Positions 40,706 through 48,520 of a DNA stretch of 64,000 nucleotides are shown in pieces. This DNA is from a virus (lineage: Duplodnaviria; Heunggongvirae; Uroviricota; Caudoviricetes), in IMG/VR virus record IMGVR_UViG_3300044728_000133; one strand, 5' to 3'. Position numbers and translations under genes: made by a program. Numbering within the stretch: position 1 is the first letter of the stretch; every line of letters begins with the position of its first letter. A model generated the notes under the pieces. It was not told where the DNA came from, did not search any database, and saw only the letters and a list, made by a program, of their open reading frames with translations.

Positions 40706-40934
40706 GAGGCATCACGAATCGATCGACAACAGCAAGGTAGTCCTCGTGCTGCCCCTTCTTGTGAGCGGAGTCATCTTCATCACGCTCCAAGAGGACGTAC
40801 ACCCAGCGCACCCAGTCTCCTTCTCCTTCGCGCTTGGGCGCCTCCCCGAGAGTTCTGACCACGAACCAGGTCTCGGTGTACTCGTCCAGCTCGCGAATAA
40901 CCTCACCCTCGCGTACGCGAACGATCTTCTGCAT
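40698..40934 (-). CDS. hypothetical protein downstream of RHH gene
   Basis: internal start MQKIVRVREGEV; ATGA overlap with RHH gene stop. Confidence 0.45.
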   Translation of the reverse strand: MQKIVRVREGEVIRELDEYTETWFVVRTLGEAPKREGEGDWVRWVYVLLERDEDDSAHKKGQHEDYLAVVDRFVMPRA

Positions 40935-41077
40935 CACGAGCGCTCGCGCTCCTGCTTTGCTACCCAAGCGTCGATCATCGCGTTCAGAACTTCGTCCATT
41001 GAGCGACCGTCGTGCGCAAGCACAACCTTCAACCGACGATGCAAGGAAAGAGGGAGCCGGAAGCTCGTGTGTACCAA
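40934..41077 (-). CDS. ribbon-helix-helix (CopG/Arc/MetJ-like) DNA-binding protein; first gene of leftward arm
   Basis: SFRLPLSLHRRLKVVLAHDGRSMDEVLNAMIDAWVAKQ = RHH beta-alpha-alpha; start TTG 5 nt after AGGAGGA; longer alternatives (ATG 41122, TTG 41149) would overlap the predicted promoter. Confidence 0.45.
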   Translation of the reverse strand: MVHTSFRLPLSLHRRLKVVLAHDGRSMDEVLNAMIDAWVAKQERERS

Positions 41078-41120
41078 GGCTTCCTCCTGTTTTGGTGCCT
41101 CGGTGCCATCCATCCATGGC

Positions 41121-41149
41121 ATCGTAGCACCGTGGTGCCGAGATACCAA
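41121..41149 (-). promoter_or_regulatory. candidate leftward promoter (TTGGTA-17-TACGAT)
   Basis: hexamers read on minus strand just upstream of RHH SD. Confidence 0.3.
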
Positions 41150-41242
41150 GGTGCCAACCTCGTTTCCGTGAAATTGGTGTGTGTACAGCGTTGGGGGTCG
41201 CGCCCCCCTCTCGGGTCGGGGGGGTGTCCAGTAGCACCGACG

Positions 41243-41262
41243 TTTCTCCGGATCCGGAGAAT
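41243..41262. repeat. 22-bp palindrome family copy (TTTCTCCGGATCCGGAGAAT) in divergent control region
   Basis: perfect inverted repeat TTCTCCGG/CCGGAGAA. Confidence 0.7.
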
Positions 41263-41303
41263 GCGCCCGGGGCTAGCCCTGGACAGGGATCGCAGGTAGC
41301 TAC

Positions 41304-41337
41304 TTGACATGCGCCGAATAGCTGATATCGTCCGTCT
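41304..41337 (+). promoter_or_regulatory. candidate rightward early promoter (TTGACA-16-TATCGT)
   Basis: consensus -35 and TAnnnT -10 about 40 bp downstream of palindrome copy; about 200-nt structured leader before 41542. Confidence 0.35.
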
Positions 41338-41541
41338 TGCATTCGATACGCGTCGGCTCAGTACCGGCGGGCCAGTCAACGGGCGCATGATCCGAGTACG
41401 CATCAAGGATCGAGCGAGTCGCCTAATCGTGGCCCGAGCATAGGAACCGATTCGGCATAGGTTCGGAAGTCGCCCGGGCGAAGCTTGCGCGGGCATCGGC
41501 CGAACCTGAGACGTGGCCCAACCGAAAGGTAGGGCTACACA

Positions 41542-42303
41542 ATGGCTACACAGACACACAAGGCGCCTACCAAGGCGCAGGCGATCCGAACCGCGAAGTC
41601 TCGCCTTGGCGAGCTAGCGGACGGTATCTCCACCATCGTGGCGGGCATCGGACGCGAGCGCGTCCGGTTGGGTGTCCTCGTGTCAGAGGGTGCCGACCTT
41701 CACGAATCGTTCGAGCTTGGCGATTGGCGCGATTGGGCCAAGTCGCTGATTCCGGGCGAAGCTAACCCGACGTTGTACGCACTCCGGAATACTGGCGCAG
41801 TCGCGCGCGTGCTCGGAGATGCGGTCGGCGATGCATCCCCTCGCAGTCTGACCCCGTTGTATCGATTCATTGCGGCGGCGAAGGATGATGAGGGAAGAAC
41901 GGCCGCGGCCGACGTCATACGCTCTTTGTGGGCGCAGGCGCAGGACAAGGCTAGGGACGGACGTCCCCCGACGGAGGACGTTGTGACATCCCTCGTAGAC
42001 AAAGCGACCCCTAAGGGGACGCGCGGGTCCGCGAAGGGGAAGGCAACGTCAAAGGGTGCCAAGGGTAAGGCGACCGCGAAGGCGACCGCTGATCCCTCGG
42101 TTCTGTACGAGGTCGGTTCTTCGGATCGTGAAGCATGCGGGCAGGCAATCGGTCGCATTCTCGGTCGGTTCACTGACCGCGAGTCCTACCTCGCCGCTTG
42201 CGCGGTCATGCTCGCAACAGTCAAGGTCCGTGAGACGTTCGCATCAACTACGGTTGAGGCAATCGTCAAGCAGGCGAAGGCGACCGCACCGAAAGCAGCG
42301 TAG
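41542..42303 (+). CDS. first rightward gene: hypothetical protein with Lys/Ala-rich histone-like tract
   Basis: 253 aa; KGKATSKGAKGKATAKATA low-complexity basic region. Confidence 0.6.
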   Translation: MATQTHKAPTKAQAIRTAKSRLGELADGISTIVAGIGRERVRLGVLVSEGADLHESFELGDWRDWAKSLIPGEANPTLYALRNTGAVARVLGDAVGDASPRSLTPLYRFIAAAKDDEGRTAAADVIRSLWAQAQDKARDGRPPTEDVVTSLVDKATPKGTRGSAKGKATSKGAKGKATAKATADPSVLYEVGSSDREACGQAIGRILGRFTDRESYLAACAVMLATVKVRETFASTTVEAIVKQAKATAPKAA

Positions 42304-42421
42304 AACCGATGCGGACTGACATTCGTATCGCGCAGTACCTCGCAATACTCGCCGCATGCGCGGCGATTCTGTACTTGGCAACTAGCTAGGTTCATTCGGT
42401 CACGTCTCAGGTATCGGCTAG

Positions 42422-42455
42422 GGCCACCCTTTCGGGGGTGGCCCTTTTTTTGTGC
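42422..42455 (+). terminator. rho-independent terminator
   Basis: gggccaccctttcgggggtggccc followed by ttttttt. Confidence 0.75.
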
Positions 42456-42578
42456 CTTCGGCCGGGCCGGTGGTCGAGCTCGAGCGGCGGCCCACCTCGC
42501 GCGCGCGGATAGGGAGGTATACGCCCGTTCCCGCGTTCCCGTAGCCATAGGCCCACTGATCCCGCGTTCCCGGCGCCG

Positions 42579-42600
42579 CAGGCCCACTGATTCTCCGCTT
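42579..42600. repeat. 22-bp palindrome family copy (GATTCTCCGCTTCCGGAGAATG)
   Basis: consensus match; preceded by two direct repeats of CCCGCGTTCCCG..AGGCCCACTGAT. Confidence 0.7.
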
Positions 42601-42621
42601 CCGGAGAATGCAAAGCCGCTG

Positions 42622-42654
42622 CTTGACAAGCCTGGCAGGGCGTCTGCGACAATG
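42622..42654 (+). promoter_or_regulatory. candidate promoter (TTGACA-19-GACAAT) bracketed by two palindrome copies
   Basis: perfect -35 hexamer; weak -10; between copies at 42579 and 42699. Confidence 0.3.
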
Positions 42655-42698
42655 TGTTTGGTGGTGCGGTCTGCCTTCCGGCGCCGCATAGCCACAGG

Positions 42699-42721
42699 TC
42701 GATTCTCCGGTTTCGGAGAAT
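42699..42721. repeat. 22-bp palindrome family copy (CGATTCTCCGGTTTCGGAGAATC)
   Basis: consensus match, 20 bp upstream of SD gaaagga. Confidence 0.75.
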
Positions 42722-42747
42722 CCCCCACCGCAGCGAAAGGAGTCGCC

Positions 42748-43023
42748 ATGAGCGACCAGACACTAACTGCGGAGGAAGTGCAGAGGCTCGTCGGTGAGAT
42801 TCGCGACGGCGGCTGGCTGAACTTCACGAACCTGGCGAATAAGCGGGCGGTTGCCGCCGAGCTTCGTCGCATGAAGGTTCCGATGTACAGCCGAACGGCT
42901 CACGGCTCGTTGCTCGATCCCCGCTACACGGTCGAGGGGCGCATGCTCCCCGATCTCGGGCTCGCCAACGACTACCGGCACTTCACTCCAAAGCTGTACG
43001 TGCTCGAGGTACCTCGGTACTGA
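42748..43023 (+). CDS. hypothetical protein
   Basis: internal ATG (MSDQTLTAEEVQRL) of ORF 42652..43023 after SD gaaaggag; upstream part of ORF reads through palindrome (FSGFGES artefact). Confidence 0.55.
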   Translation: MSDQTLTAEEVQRLVGEIRDGGWLNFTNLANKRAVAAELRRMKVPMYSRTAHGSLLDPRYTVEGRMLPDLGLANDYRHFTPKLYVLEVPRY

Positions 43024-43084
43024 CTGCCTGCCCCGTCGACTCAGTGCGGCGGGGAGGGGAGTCAATCCCCGAAAGGAGAACTCC

Positions 43085-43195
43085 ATGGCGTATGTCCTCG
43101 CCTTCGGTATCCCTGGGCTCATGGTCGTGTTCTCGACCGCTCTCGGGATTGCCAAGGACGGGTCTCCGCTCCGCCGCTCCTGGTGGACGTGAACC
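43085..43195 (+). CDS. small membrane peptide (36 aa)
   Basis: hand translation MAYVLAFGIPGLMVVFSTALGIAKDGSPLRRSWWT; SD gaaaggag. Confidence 0.4.
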
Positions 43196-43370
43196 CGGCC
43201 ATGGCCGCGTGCCTTCGGGCACAGGCCGCATGGGAACGGGCCGGCGCTCCAGGGCCGGACTCCCAGCTCCCGCTGTTTCCGAGGTATCGGTACTCCCGCC
43301 CGGAAGTAGTGAGAGCAGCACTCAGTGACAGGCCGCGCAAGCGTCGGCCAGCCCGGTAGTTGCCCGTCCC

Positions 43371-43393
43371 GATTCTCCACAACCGGAGAATCC
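43371..43393. repeat. 22-bp palindrome family copy, imperfect (GATTCTCCACAACCGGAGAATCC)
   Basis: 7/8 half-site match. Confidence 0.6.
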
Positions 43394-43435
43394 GGGCGGG
43401 GAGCCCATTCGGGTTTCAGCAGCGAAAGGAGCCAC

Positions 43436-43630
43436 ATGTCCCGTTTGCTCGGGATGGCGCTCCTGATCTCCCTGGTCGTTCTGATCTTCGTCGCCCTGGT
43501 AGGGCGCGCGATCGACACCGAGGTCCAGGATCACATCCTCATCACGCGAGGCGGCGCCACGCTCGACTGTGAACGCATCACCGACGTCGTCGGCAATGTG
43601 TTTTACGACAGCTGCGTGCGCGTCCCGTAG
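43436..43630 (+). CDS. small membrane protein
   Basis: internal ATG MSRLLGMALLISLVVLIFVALVG after SD gcgaaaggag. Confidence 0.5.
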   Translation: MSRLLGMALLISLVVLIFVALVGRAIDTEVQDHILITRGGATLDCERITDVVGNVFYDSCVRVP

Positions 43631-43721
43631 CCCTGTCACCCCGTCCGTCCCGGGACTCCATAATCCCGCGAGCGGTAGGGGTGAGAGTGCTAACCGGCAC
43701 TCGGTCCGAAAGGAGAGACCC

Positions 43722-43988
43722 ATGGTCATTCCCATTTCGGAGGCCGACAAGGTGGACCTGTGGAAGATGGACAGGTTCCTCGAGCTCGGCTTCGATGGTG
43801 ATGAGGTGGTCGCCCTCCTGTATTGGAACGCGGACTGGCGCGAAGCCAAGGGACTCATCGACGGCGGATGCCCGCCCGAGCTGGCTCTCGAGATCCTCAA
43901 GCCCCTGGATCTGCCGCTGTCCAAGCAGAAGTTGGTCTCGGAGATCGTCGATGAGGCCATTCAGGCGAACGCATCCATCCGCATCTAG
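43722..43988 (+). CDS. hypothetical protein
   Basis: internal ATG MVIPISEADKVD after SD gaaaggag. Confidence 0.55.
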   Translation: MVIPISEADKVDLWKMDRFLELGFDGDEVVALLYWNADWREAKGLIDGGCPPELALEILKPLDLPLSKQKLVSEIVDEAIQANASIRI

Positions 43989-44061
43989 GTTCCCCCGCAA
44001 GGGGGCGCTGCCCGGTTCCCGTTAGTTACCGCGAGCGGGAATCGGGGAGCGGAAGCTCCCG

Positions 44062-44083
44062 TATTCTCCACTTCCGGAGAATG
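44062..44083. repeat. 22-bp palindrome family copy, imperfect (TATTCTCCACTTCCGGAGAATG)
   Basis: half-site match. Confidence 0.6.
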
Positions 44084-44111
44084 CGACCTTGCAGCGAAAG
44101 GAGTCTCCCTC

Positions 44112-44306
44112 ATGACTATGGAGGAGATTCGCGAGCACGTGGCGGTCAGGGAAAACGATCCGCTCTCCCTGCGCCCCGACCACATCGACGAGACGTGGGC
44201 TGTCCCCTCGGACACGCCTAAGGTTCTTCCGTCGACAACGGCGCTCGCGTTCATCAAGGCCACGCACCCCAAGCGGTGCATGTGCCTGTATTGCGCCTGG
44301 AGGTAG
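44112..44306 (+). CDS. hypothetical protein (C-terminal CMCLYC)
   Basis: 64 aa ORF; SD gcgaaaggag. Confidence 0.5.
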   Translation: MTMEEIREHVAVRENDPLSLRPDHIDETWAVPSDTPKVLPSTTALAFIKATHPKRCMCLYCAWR

Positions 44307-44388
44307 AGGCGCTGCCCGTCCCGCTTACCCCCTGGAGCGGGGCGGGGAGCATCCATACCGGGTGTTCCGTTCCCGAAAGGAGCTGTCC

Positions 44389-44529
44389 ATGGACATTTCC
44401 GGGCTCACTGTCGCTGCCATCGCAGCGTTGGTACTGAGCGGAGAGGTCACGAAGGCAGCAGCGCAGAAGGCTCTGGCCGCTCGCCAGAACGCGAAGCTCG
44501 ATCGCGAGCTCGCCAAAGCCGCAGCGTAG
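44389..44529 (+). CDS. small Ala-rich peptide (46 aa)
   Basis: hand translation MDISGLTVAAIAALVLSGEVTKAAAQKALAARQNAKLDRELAKAAA; SD cgaaaggag. Confidence 0.35.
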   Translation: MDISGLTVAAIAALVLSGEVTKAAAQKALAARQNAKLDRELAKAAA

Positions 44530-44542
44530 CCCTGCCGTCCCT

Positions 44543-44564
44543 TTTCTCCGGTTTCGGAGAATCG
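44543..44564. repeat. 22-bp palindrome family copy (TTTTCTCCGGTTTCGGAGAATC) with extended flanking complementarity
   Basis: flanked by CCGTCCC / GGGACGG. Confidence 0.7.
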
Positions 44565-44601
44565 GGACGGGAGTGCTAGGCCACTCCGGAAAGGAGAACC
44601 C

Positions 44602-44880
44602 ATGAGAATCCTCATTGAGGATGATCGTGGTGTCGTTCTTGAGGCTGTCTCGGATGAGCAAGCCCGGTACAAGATCACCGGCAGGGCTCTCCGTGACAAC
44701 GTGAAGGAGTACGAGACGGACGATGATCTGCATGTCGTCGGACTCTTCACGCATCAGCTGAACGCTTACAACTCGATGGAGTATCTGCGCCGTCGGCTTG
44801 CCGAGCATGACGCTGAGGTCATCGGCGATGGTTCTTCCATCGAAGCCGACCCCAAGAACGCCCAGCGTAAGGGGCTGTAA
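44602..44880 (+). CDS. hypothetical protein
   Basis: 92 aa; SD ggaaaggag. Confidence 0.55.
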   Translation: MRILIEDDRGVVLEAVSDEQARYKITGRALRDNVKEYETDDDLHVVGLFTHQLNAYNSMEYLRRRLAEHDAEVIGDGSSIEADPKNAQRKGL

Positions 44881-45125
44881 TGCCCAGCCACCACAGCGTC
44901 TACGTTGCCCGTGGCATGTACCAGGGGCGGCGCCGGGTGCTGTACGTGGGCTCGACCTCGAGAGGCATGACGCGGTTGCATGAACACGCCTGCACGCAGG
45001 GGTGGTGGCCGCTCATGTCCTCGACTTCGTGGTTCCACAGACAGACACGCAGCGCTGCTCTCGAAACGGAGCGCCGGCTGATCGACCAGCTCGCTCCGGT
45101 GTTCAACATGAAGTCGCTGCCGTAA
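44880..45125 (+). CDS. small GIY-YIG nuclease-like protein
   Basis: 81 aa; VYVARGMYQGRRRVLYVGSTSRGMTRLHEH resembles GIY...YIG...R..EH core. Confidence 0.5.
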   Translation: MPSHHSVYVARGMYQGRRRVLYVGSTSRGMTRLHEHACTQGWWPLMSSTSWFHRQTRSAALETERRLIDQLAPVFNMKSLP

Positions 45126-45185
45126 GGCTGCGGTCCCTCTCGCTTGACATCATCAGGCAGGGGGCCCGGAACCTTTCGGGGTTCC

Positions 45186-45208
45186 GATTCTCCGGAACAG
45201 GAGAATCC
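45186..45208. repeat. 22-bp palindrome family copy, imperfect (GATTCTCCGGAACAGGAGAATCC)
   Basis: half-sites ATTCTCC/GGAGAAT; preceded by TTGACA and a 7-bp hairpin. Confidence 0.6.
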
Positions 45209-45226
45209 ACAGAAAGGAGGGACTCG

Positions 45227-45469
45227 ATGCCCGAGTCCACCGAGAGCGAGCGGCTGCGGATGCTGCTCGCCGAAGCCGTAAACGCTGGCGGCATCCACGA
45301 GAGCTACCGCGGCCCCGTCTGGGACACCGCCGGTATGCAGGATGAGTTCGCCGTCCAGGGGTTTGCGGCGCCGTTCGTCGTCGTCACACGGAAGGCCGAC
45401 GGCGTGAGGGGCACCCTCACGTTCGTTCATAGCCCCCGTGTCTACTTCGACTTCACGCCTGTCTCATGA
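45227..45469 (+). CDS. hypothetical protein
   Basis: internal ATG MPESTESERLRMLL after SD agaaaggaggg. Confidence 0.5.
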   Translation: MPESTESERLRMLLAEAVNAGGIHESYRGPVWDTAGMQDEFAVQGFAAPFVVVTRKADGVRGTLTFVHSPRVYFDFTPVS

Positions 45470-45702
45470 GCATGTACGACCGCTCGCTCTACGAGGAAGG
45501 TGAGTGGGAGGACATGTACGGAGAGGGCGAGCCGCGGTTTGCGAACCCGGGCTCGGCCCTACGTGCTTCCTCGGCGTCGAACCCGAGGAACCTCCCCTGC
45601 CCCACCTGCGGCGTCCCGAATCGTCTGACCCCTGCCGATCAGGCACGTGGGTACTGTTGTGACCGATGCGCAGAGACAGCAGAGGGACTCTGGCCCGGTT
45701 AG
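45466..45702 (+). CDS. zinc-ribbon protein
   Basis: 78 aa; CPTCG...CCDRC; ATGA overlap. Confidence 0.5.
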   Translation: MSMYDRSLYEEGEWEDMYGEGEPRFANPGSALRASSASNPRNLPCPTCGVPNRLTPADQARGYCCDRCAETAEGLWPG

Positions 45703-46076
45703 AACGCCGCAAACGGGCACAGGCATACATCGCCCGTGTCCGAGGATTGCTGGTCTGCCGAGACTGTGGCAGACAGCCCATCGAATGGCACCGCGAAGAA
45801 CACGCCGAGGAGCACGGCCACAAGTACCGGGTCGCGCAACTCGGCGTACGCGGTTCCCCAATCTCGCGCATCAAGGAGGAGATGCGAGCAAGCATTCCGC
45901 TCTGCCGTTCGTGCCACATGGCCATGGATGGTCGAACAGCCGCACTCACGGCAGCTCGCCCGTTCAAGAAAGGGCACAGGCTTCCACCGAAGCCATGCGA
46001 TGAATGCGGCGCGCTCAGCAGTCCCCTGCGGCGAGGAATGTGCCGTCGCTGCTACGACGCTGCGCGAAGAAAATAG
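45666..46076 (+). CDS. small HNH endonuclease-like protein
   Basis: 136 aa; CRDCG...H...H...CRSCH...CDECG...CRRC. Confidence 0.55.
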   Translation: MRRDSRGTLARLERRKRAQAYIARVRGLLVCRDCGRQPIEWHREEHAEEHGHKYRVAQLGVRGSPISRIKEEMRASIPLCRSCHMAMDGRTAALTAARPFKKGHRLPPKPCDECGALSSPLRRGMCRRCYDAARRK

Positions 46077-46171
46077 TTCCCGCCAGCGGGAACCCACTGA
46101 TCCATTTGCCACGTCCTGACCCCGAGTGGGATACTTCGGGGTGCCCAGAACGACCCATTGAAGGAGGAACG

Positions 46172-46345
46172 ATGACCATCGAACTCGTGCTTGTGTTCGA
46201 TACCAAAGACGTCGACGAGGACGAAGAACTGACCCTGGACGACGTCCAGCTGTACGCCTCGAACCTGAACATCGACACCGCTCTCTGCATGAATGGGTAC
46301 CAGGGCTGGCGCGTCCTAGTCCTGGAGCCCGAGGACGAGCGATGA
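46172..46345 (+). CDS. small acidic hypothetical protein
   Basis: internal ATG MTIELVLVFDTKD after SD gaaggagg. Confidence 0.45.
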   Translation: MTIELVLVFDTKDVDEDEELTLDDVQLYASNLNIDTALCMNGYQGWRVLVLEPEDER

Positions 46346-46548
46346 TGCTCCCGTTCACGATTACCCACAGCCCGACGGGTGATGAGGCCGAGGCTCTCGA
46401 CGCCGAGGCTGCCCTTCGTGCTGCCCGTGAGTTGATCGCAGACAACGGCCACAACGGTCATTGCATGATCTTCCACGGAGCTGGATGGGTGGACATGGTG
46501 TGGGCTGACGATCCCACGTCCTACACCCACGTCGGAGCCCGGGCATGA
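46342..46548 (+). CDS. hypothetical protein
   Basis: 68 aa; ATGA overlap. Confidence 0.5.
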   Translation: MMLPFTITHSPTGDEAEALDAEAALRAARELIADNGHNGHCMIFHGAGWVDMVWADDPTSYTHVGARA

Positions 46549-46568
46549 GCCTGGAGAAGGAGGTACCC

Positions 46569-46787
46569 ATGAGCAAGCTGAGGAAGCGCTCCCTGTTCCG
46601 CGTCGTCTACCACACACGCAAGGGCGACCCGAGCAGCTTCAACGTCGGCAGTCGCAAGACAGTTGTTGCTGACAAGCTGCAACAAGCGATCGACGCCGTA
46701 AAGGCGCACGAAGCGAAGGTGTGTCCTGACATCGACGTTGTCATCACGGAAGTCGTTCGTGAAGGAATCGAGGTGTGGTCGCATTGA
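46569..46787 (+). CDS. hypothetical protein (alternative start 46545)
   Basis: MSKLRKRSLF after GGAGG SD; ORF-track start 46545 overlaps previous stop. Confidence 0.45.
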   Translation: MSKLRKRSLFRVVYHTRKGDPSSFNVGSRKTVVADKLQQAIDAVKAHEAKVCPDIDVVITEVVREGIEVWSH

Positions 46788-47008
46788 CCACGATCGCCTA
46801 CGACTGCACCCTGCGTCGTCCGGGATGCGCCCTGCTGCAAGCGGCATATGGGGCGACTGTGTCCTCGTTCGACCTGTCCCGCATGGACAGGTGGCTACTT
46901 GCACCCACCGACGACCTCGAGCTGTACGTGGTGACCGACGAGCAGCTTGAGCATCTGATCTTGGTCACAAACGATTCTCCGGAAACGGAGAAAGGAGAAC
47001 AGTCATGA
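46775..47008 (+). CDS. hypothetical protein; 3' end reads through palindrome copy (…NDSPETEKGEQS)
   Basis: 77 aa, GTG start, GC3-rich codons. Confidence 0.4.
   Translation: MVALTTIAYDCTLRRPGCALLQAAYGATVSSFDLSRMDRWLLAPTDDLELYVVTDEQLEHLILVTNDSPETEKGEQS
46973..46992. repeat. 22-bp palindrome family copy merged with SD (GATTCTCCGGAAACGGAGAAAGGAG)
   Basis: consensus match; overlaps CDS 3' end and next RBS. Confidence 0.7.
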
Positions 47009-47364
47009 CCAGTTTCATGGAACGGTACGAAACCGATCCTCAGGTCTACGTTCGTCAGTGCATCGATGAGCTGACCAAGCTCGGAGCTGTCCGCCTGGAG
47101 GCCACGTACTCCGGCGGCAACGACGAGGGCGGCGTCGATGAGATCCAGATCTTCAACGCCGCTGATGAGGCTCTAGCATTCGAGGGCAACTGGGAGCACC
47201 CGCTGCAGGAAGCAGCCAACGACCTGCTCTCGACCGAGTTCTACACCTGGGCGGGGGAGTTCTACGCCTACGGGACGCTCCACGTCGACGTCGTCACGGG
47301 CAAAGCTCGCCGCGAGGGCACATACGAGACACCCCAGGGACGTGAGGACTCCCAGGAGTACTAA
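47005..47364 (+). CDS. hypothetical protein
   Basis: 119 aa; ATGA overlap. Confidence 0.55.
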   Translation: MTSFMERYETDPQVYVRQCIDELTKLGAVRLEATYSGGNDEGGVDEIQIFNAADEALAFEGNWEHPLQEAANDLLSTEFYTWAGEFYAYGTLHVDVVTGKARREGTYETPQGREDSQEY

Positions 47365-47367
47365 GCC

Positions 47368-47811
47368 ATGGCTCACCCACATCACCACGCGGTGTCCTCC
47401 TCACGCAAGTGGGGAGGCACCCCCGAGGACTACATCGAGATCCATTCGTGGTTCGATGAGACAAAGGCGTTTCTGCCTGACTTCCGGCACCGCGCCCTTC
47501 GGCATCACGCCGAGGGCATCTTCCTGTGCGAGCGCATCTTCGGGTACACGATCACGCTGTCGACGTGCGCAAAGTGCGGAGAGACGAAGGATGAGCACTG
47601 GGAGTACGGCGACGAAAACCTACACGTGTTCATACCGAAGCTGATCCCCGTCCGCTGGATCGGGGAGCAGCATGTTCGAGAGGATCTCGGATTCATTCCA
47701 CCCGCATCCCAGTGGCTCGAGCGCATTGCCGTGGAGCCCTGGATGAACCGCTCTCGCAAGCTGAGCCGAGAGCTCGATTCTCCGGTTTCGGAGAAAGGAG
47801 AGACACCATGA
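47368..47811 (+). CDS. hypothetical protein (His-rich N-terminus MAHPHHHAVSSSRKWGG); 3' end reads through palindrome copy
   Basis: 147 aa ORF. Confidence 0.55.
   Translation: MAHPHHHAVSSSRKWGGTPEDYIEIHSWFDETKAFLPDFRHRALRHHAEGIFLCERIFGYTITLSTCAKCGETKDEHWEYGDENLHVFIPKLIPVRWIGEQHVREDLGFIPPASQWLERIAVEPWMNRSRKLSRELDSPVSEKGETP
47776..47795. repeat. 22-bp palindrome family copy merged with SD (GATTCTCCGGTTTCGGAGAAAGGAG)
   Basis: consensus match. Confidence 0.7.
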
Positions 47812-48164
47812 CAACGCTCACCCTCGAGCGACGCACTCAGAAGGACAAGTCCCCCGTATTCGCCGATGCCTCGGGCAAGAACGTAGGCATGATGACGCCT
47901 CCGATCGACGAGGACTACTGGTCGTACCGAGTGATGCTCTCGGACACTCAGGCGATTGTGGGGTTCCCGAAGTTCGGGACGATCGGCATCGGCTTTGCGG
48001 TCGAGGACGACGATTGGAACGTAAACCTCCCCTATTCCAGTGAGACCGAACAGATCTTCCAGCACATCCTCGACAACAAGGGTGACGACAGCATCTCGGA
48101 CAAGGACGTGCGTGAGGCCATCAAGCTCGTGCAGCAGGCCGCACGTGAGGATCGGGACTCATGA
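47808..48164 (+). CDS. hypothetical protein
   Basis: internal ATG MTTLTLERRTQ; ATGA overlap. Confidence 0.55.
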   Translation: MTTLTLERRTQKDKSPVFADASGKNVGMMTPPIDEDYWSYRVMLSDTQAIVGFPKFGTIGIGFAVEDDDWNVNLPYSSETEQIFQHILDNKGDDSISDKDVREAIKLVQQAAREDRDS

Positions 48165-48481
48165 GGTTCTTCAACTCCGCCAACAACCACATCTTCGAAG
48201 GCACCACGGACGAAGCCATTCAGGAGGCCAAGCAGATCCTCAGAGAGGACCCCGAGCTGGGCCACGTCGAGGTCTACCAAGAGGGCACGTACATCGGGCA
48301 GGCTACGCACGTACCCGACCTCGACTGGCAGTCAGTCGTCGGCTGGCTCTGGGCCGGGGAGCAGGTCGTACCGCCAGCGGGATTCCCCTCGATCCACGAC
48401 GGAGAGGGCTACGCCCTCGATGATCCAAAGCATCCGACCTACCACGAAAGGATGTCTGACCTGGCTGACCTTCGTGATTGA
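48161..48481 (+). CDS. hypothetical protein
   Basis: 106 aa. Confidence 0.55.
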   Translation: MRFFNSANNHIFEGTTDEAIQEAKQILREDPELGHVEVYQEGTYIGQATHVPDLDWQSVVGWLWAGEQVVPPAGFPSIHDGEGYALDDPKHPTYHERMSDLADLRD

Positions 48482-48509
48482 CGACTTGCGTAAAGGCACC
48501 GATATAATG
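48476..48509 (+). promoter_or_regulatory. candidate promoter with perfect TATAAT upstream of LAGLIDADG gene
   Basis: TTGACG-19-TATAAT then gaaggag SD; locally AT-rich. Confidence 0.3.
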
Positions 48510-48520
48510 GAAGGAGTTGG

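Noticed and set aside
42309-42392. 27-aa hydrophobic mini-ORF (MRTDIRIAQYLAILAACAAILYLATS) between first early gene and terminator
   Set aside because: Too short to support without expression data. Noted only.
42652-42747. N-terminal extensions of ORF-track entries that contain FSGSGES / FSGFGES / ILRxRRI peptides (for example 42652.., 45002.., 51472..51921, 43360..)
   Set aside because: These frames simply read through palindrome copies upstream of the real SD and ATG. Real starts are downstream internal Met codons.
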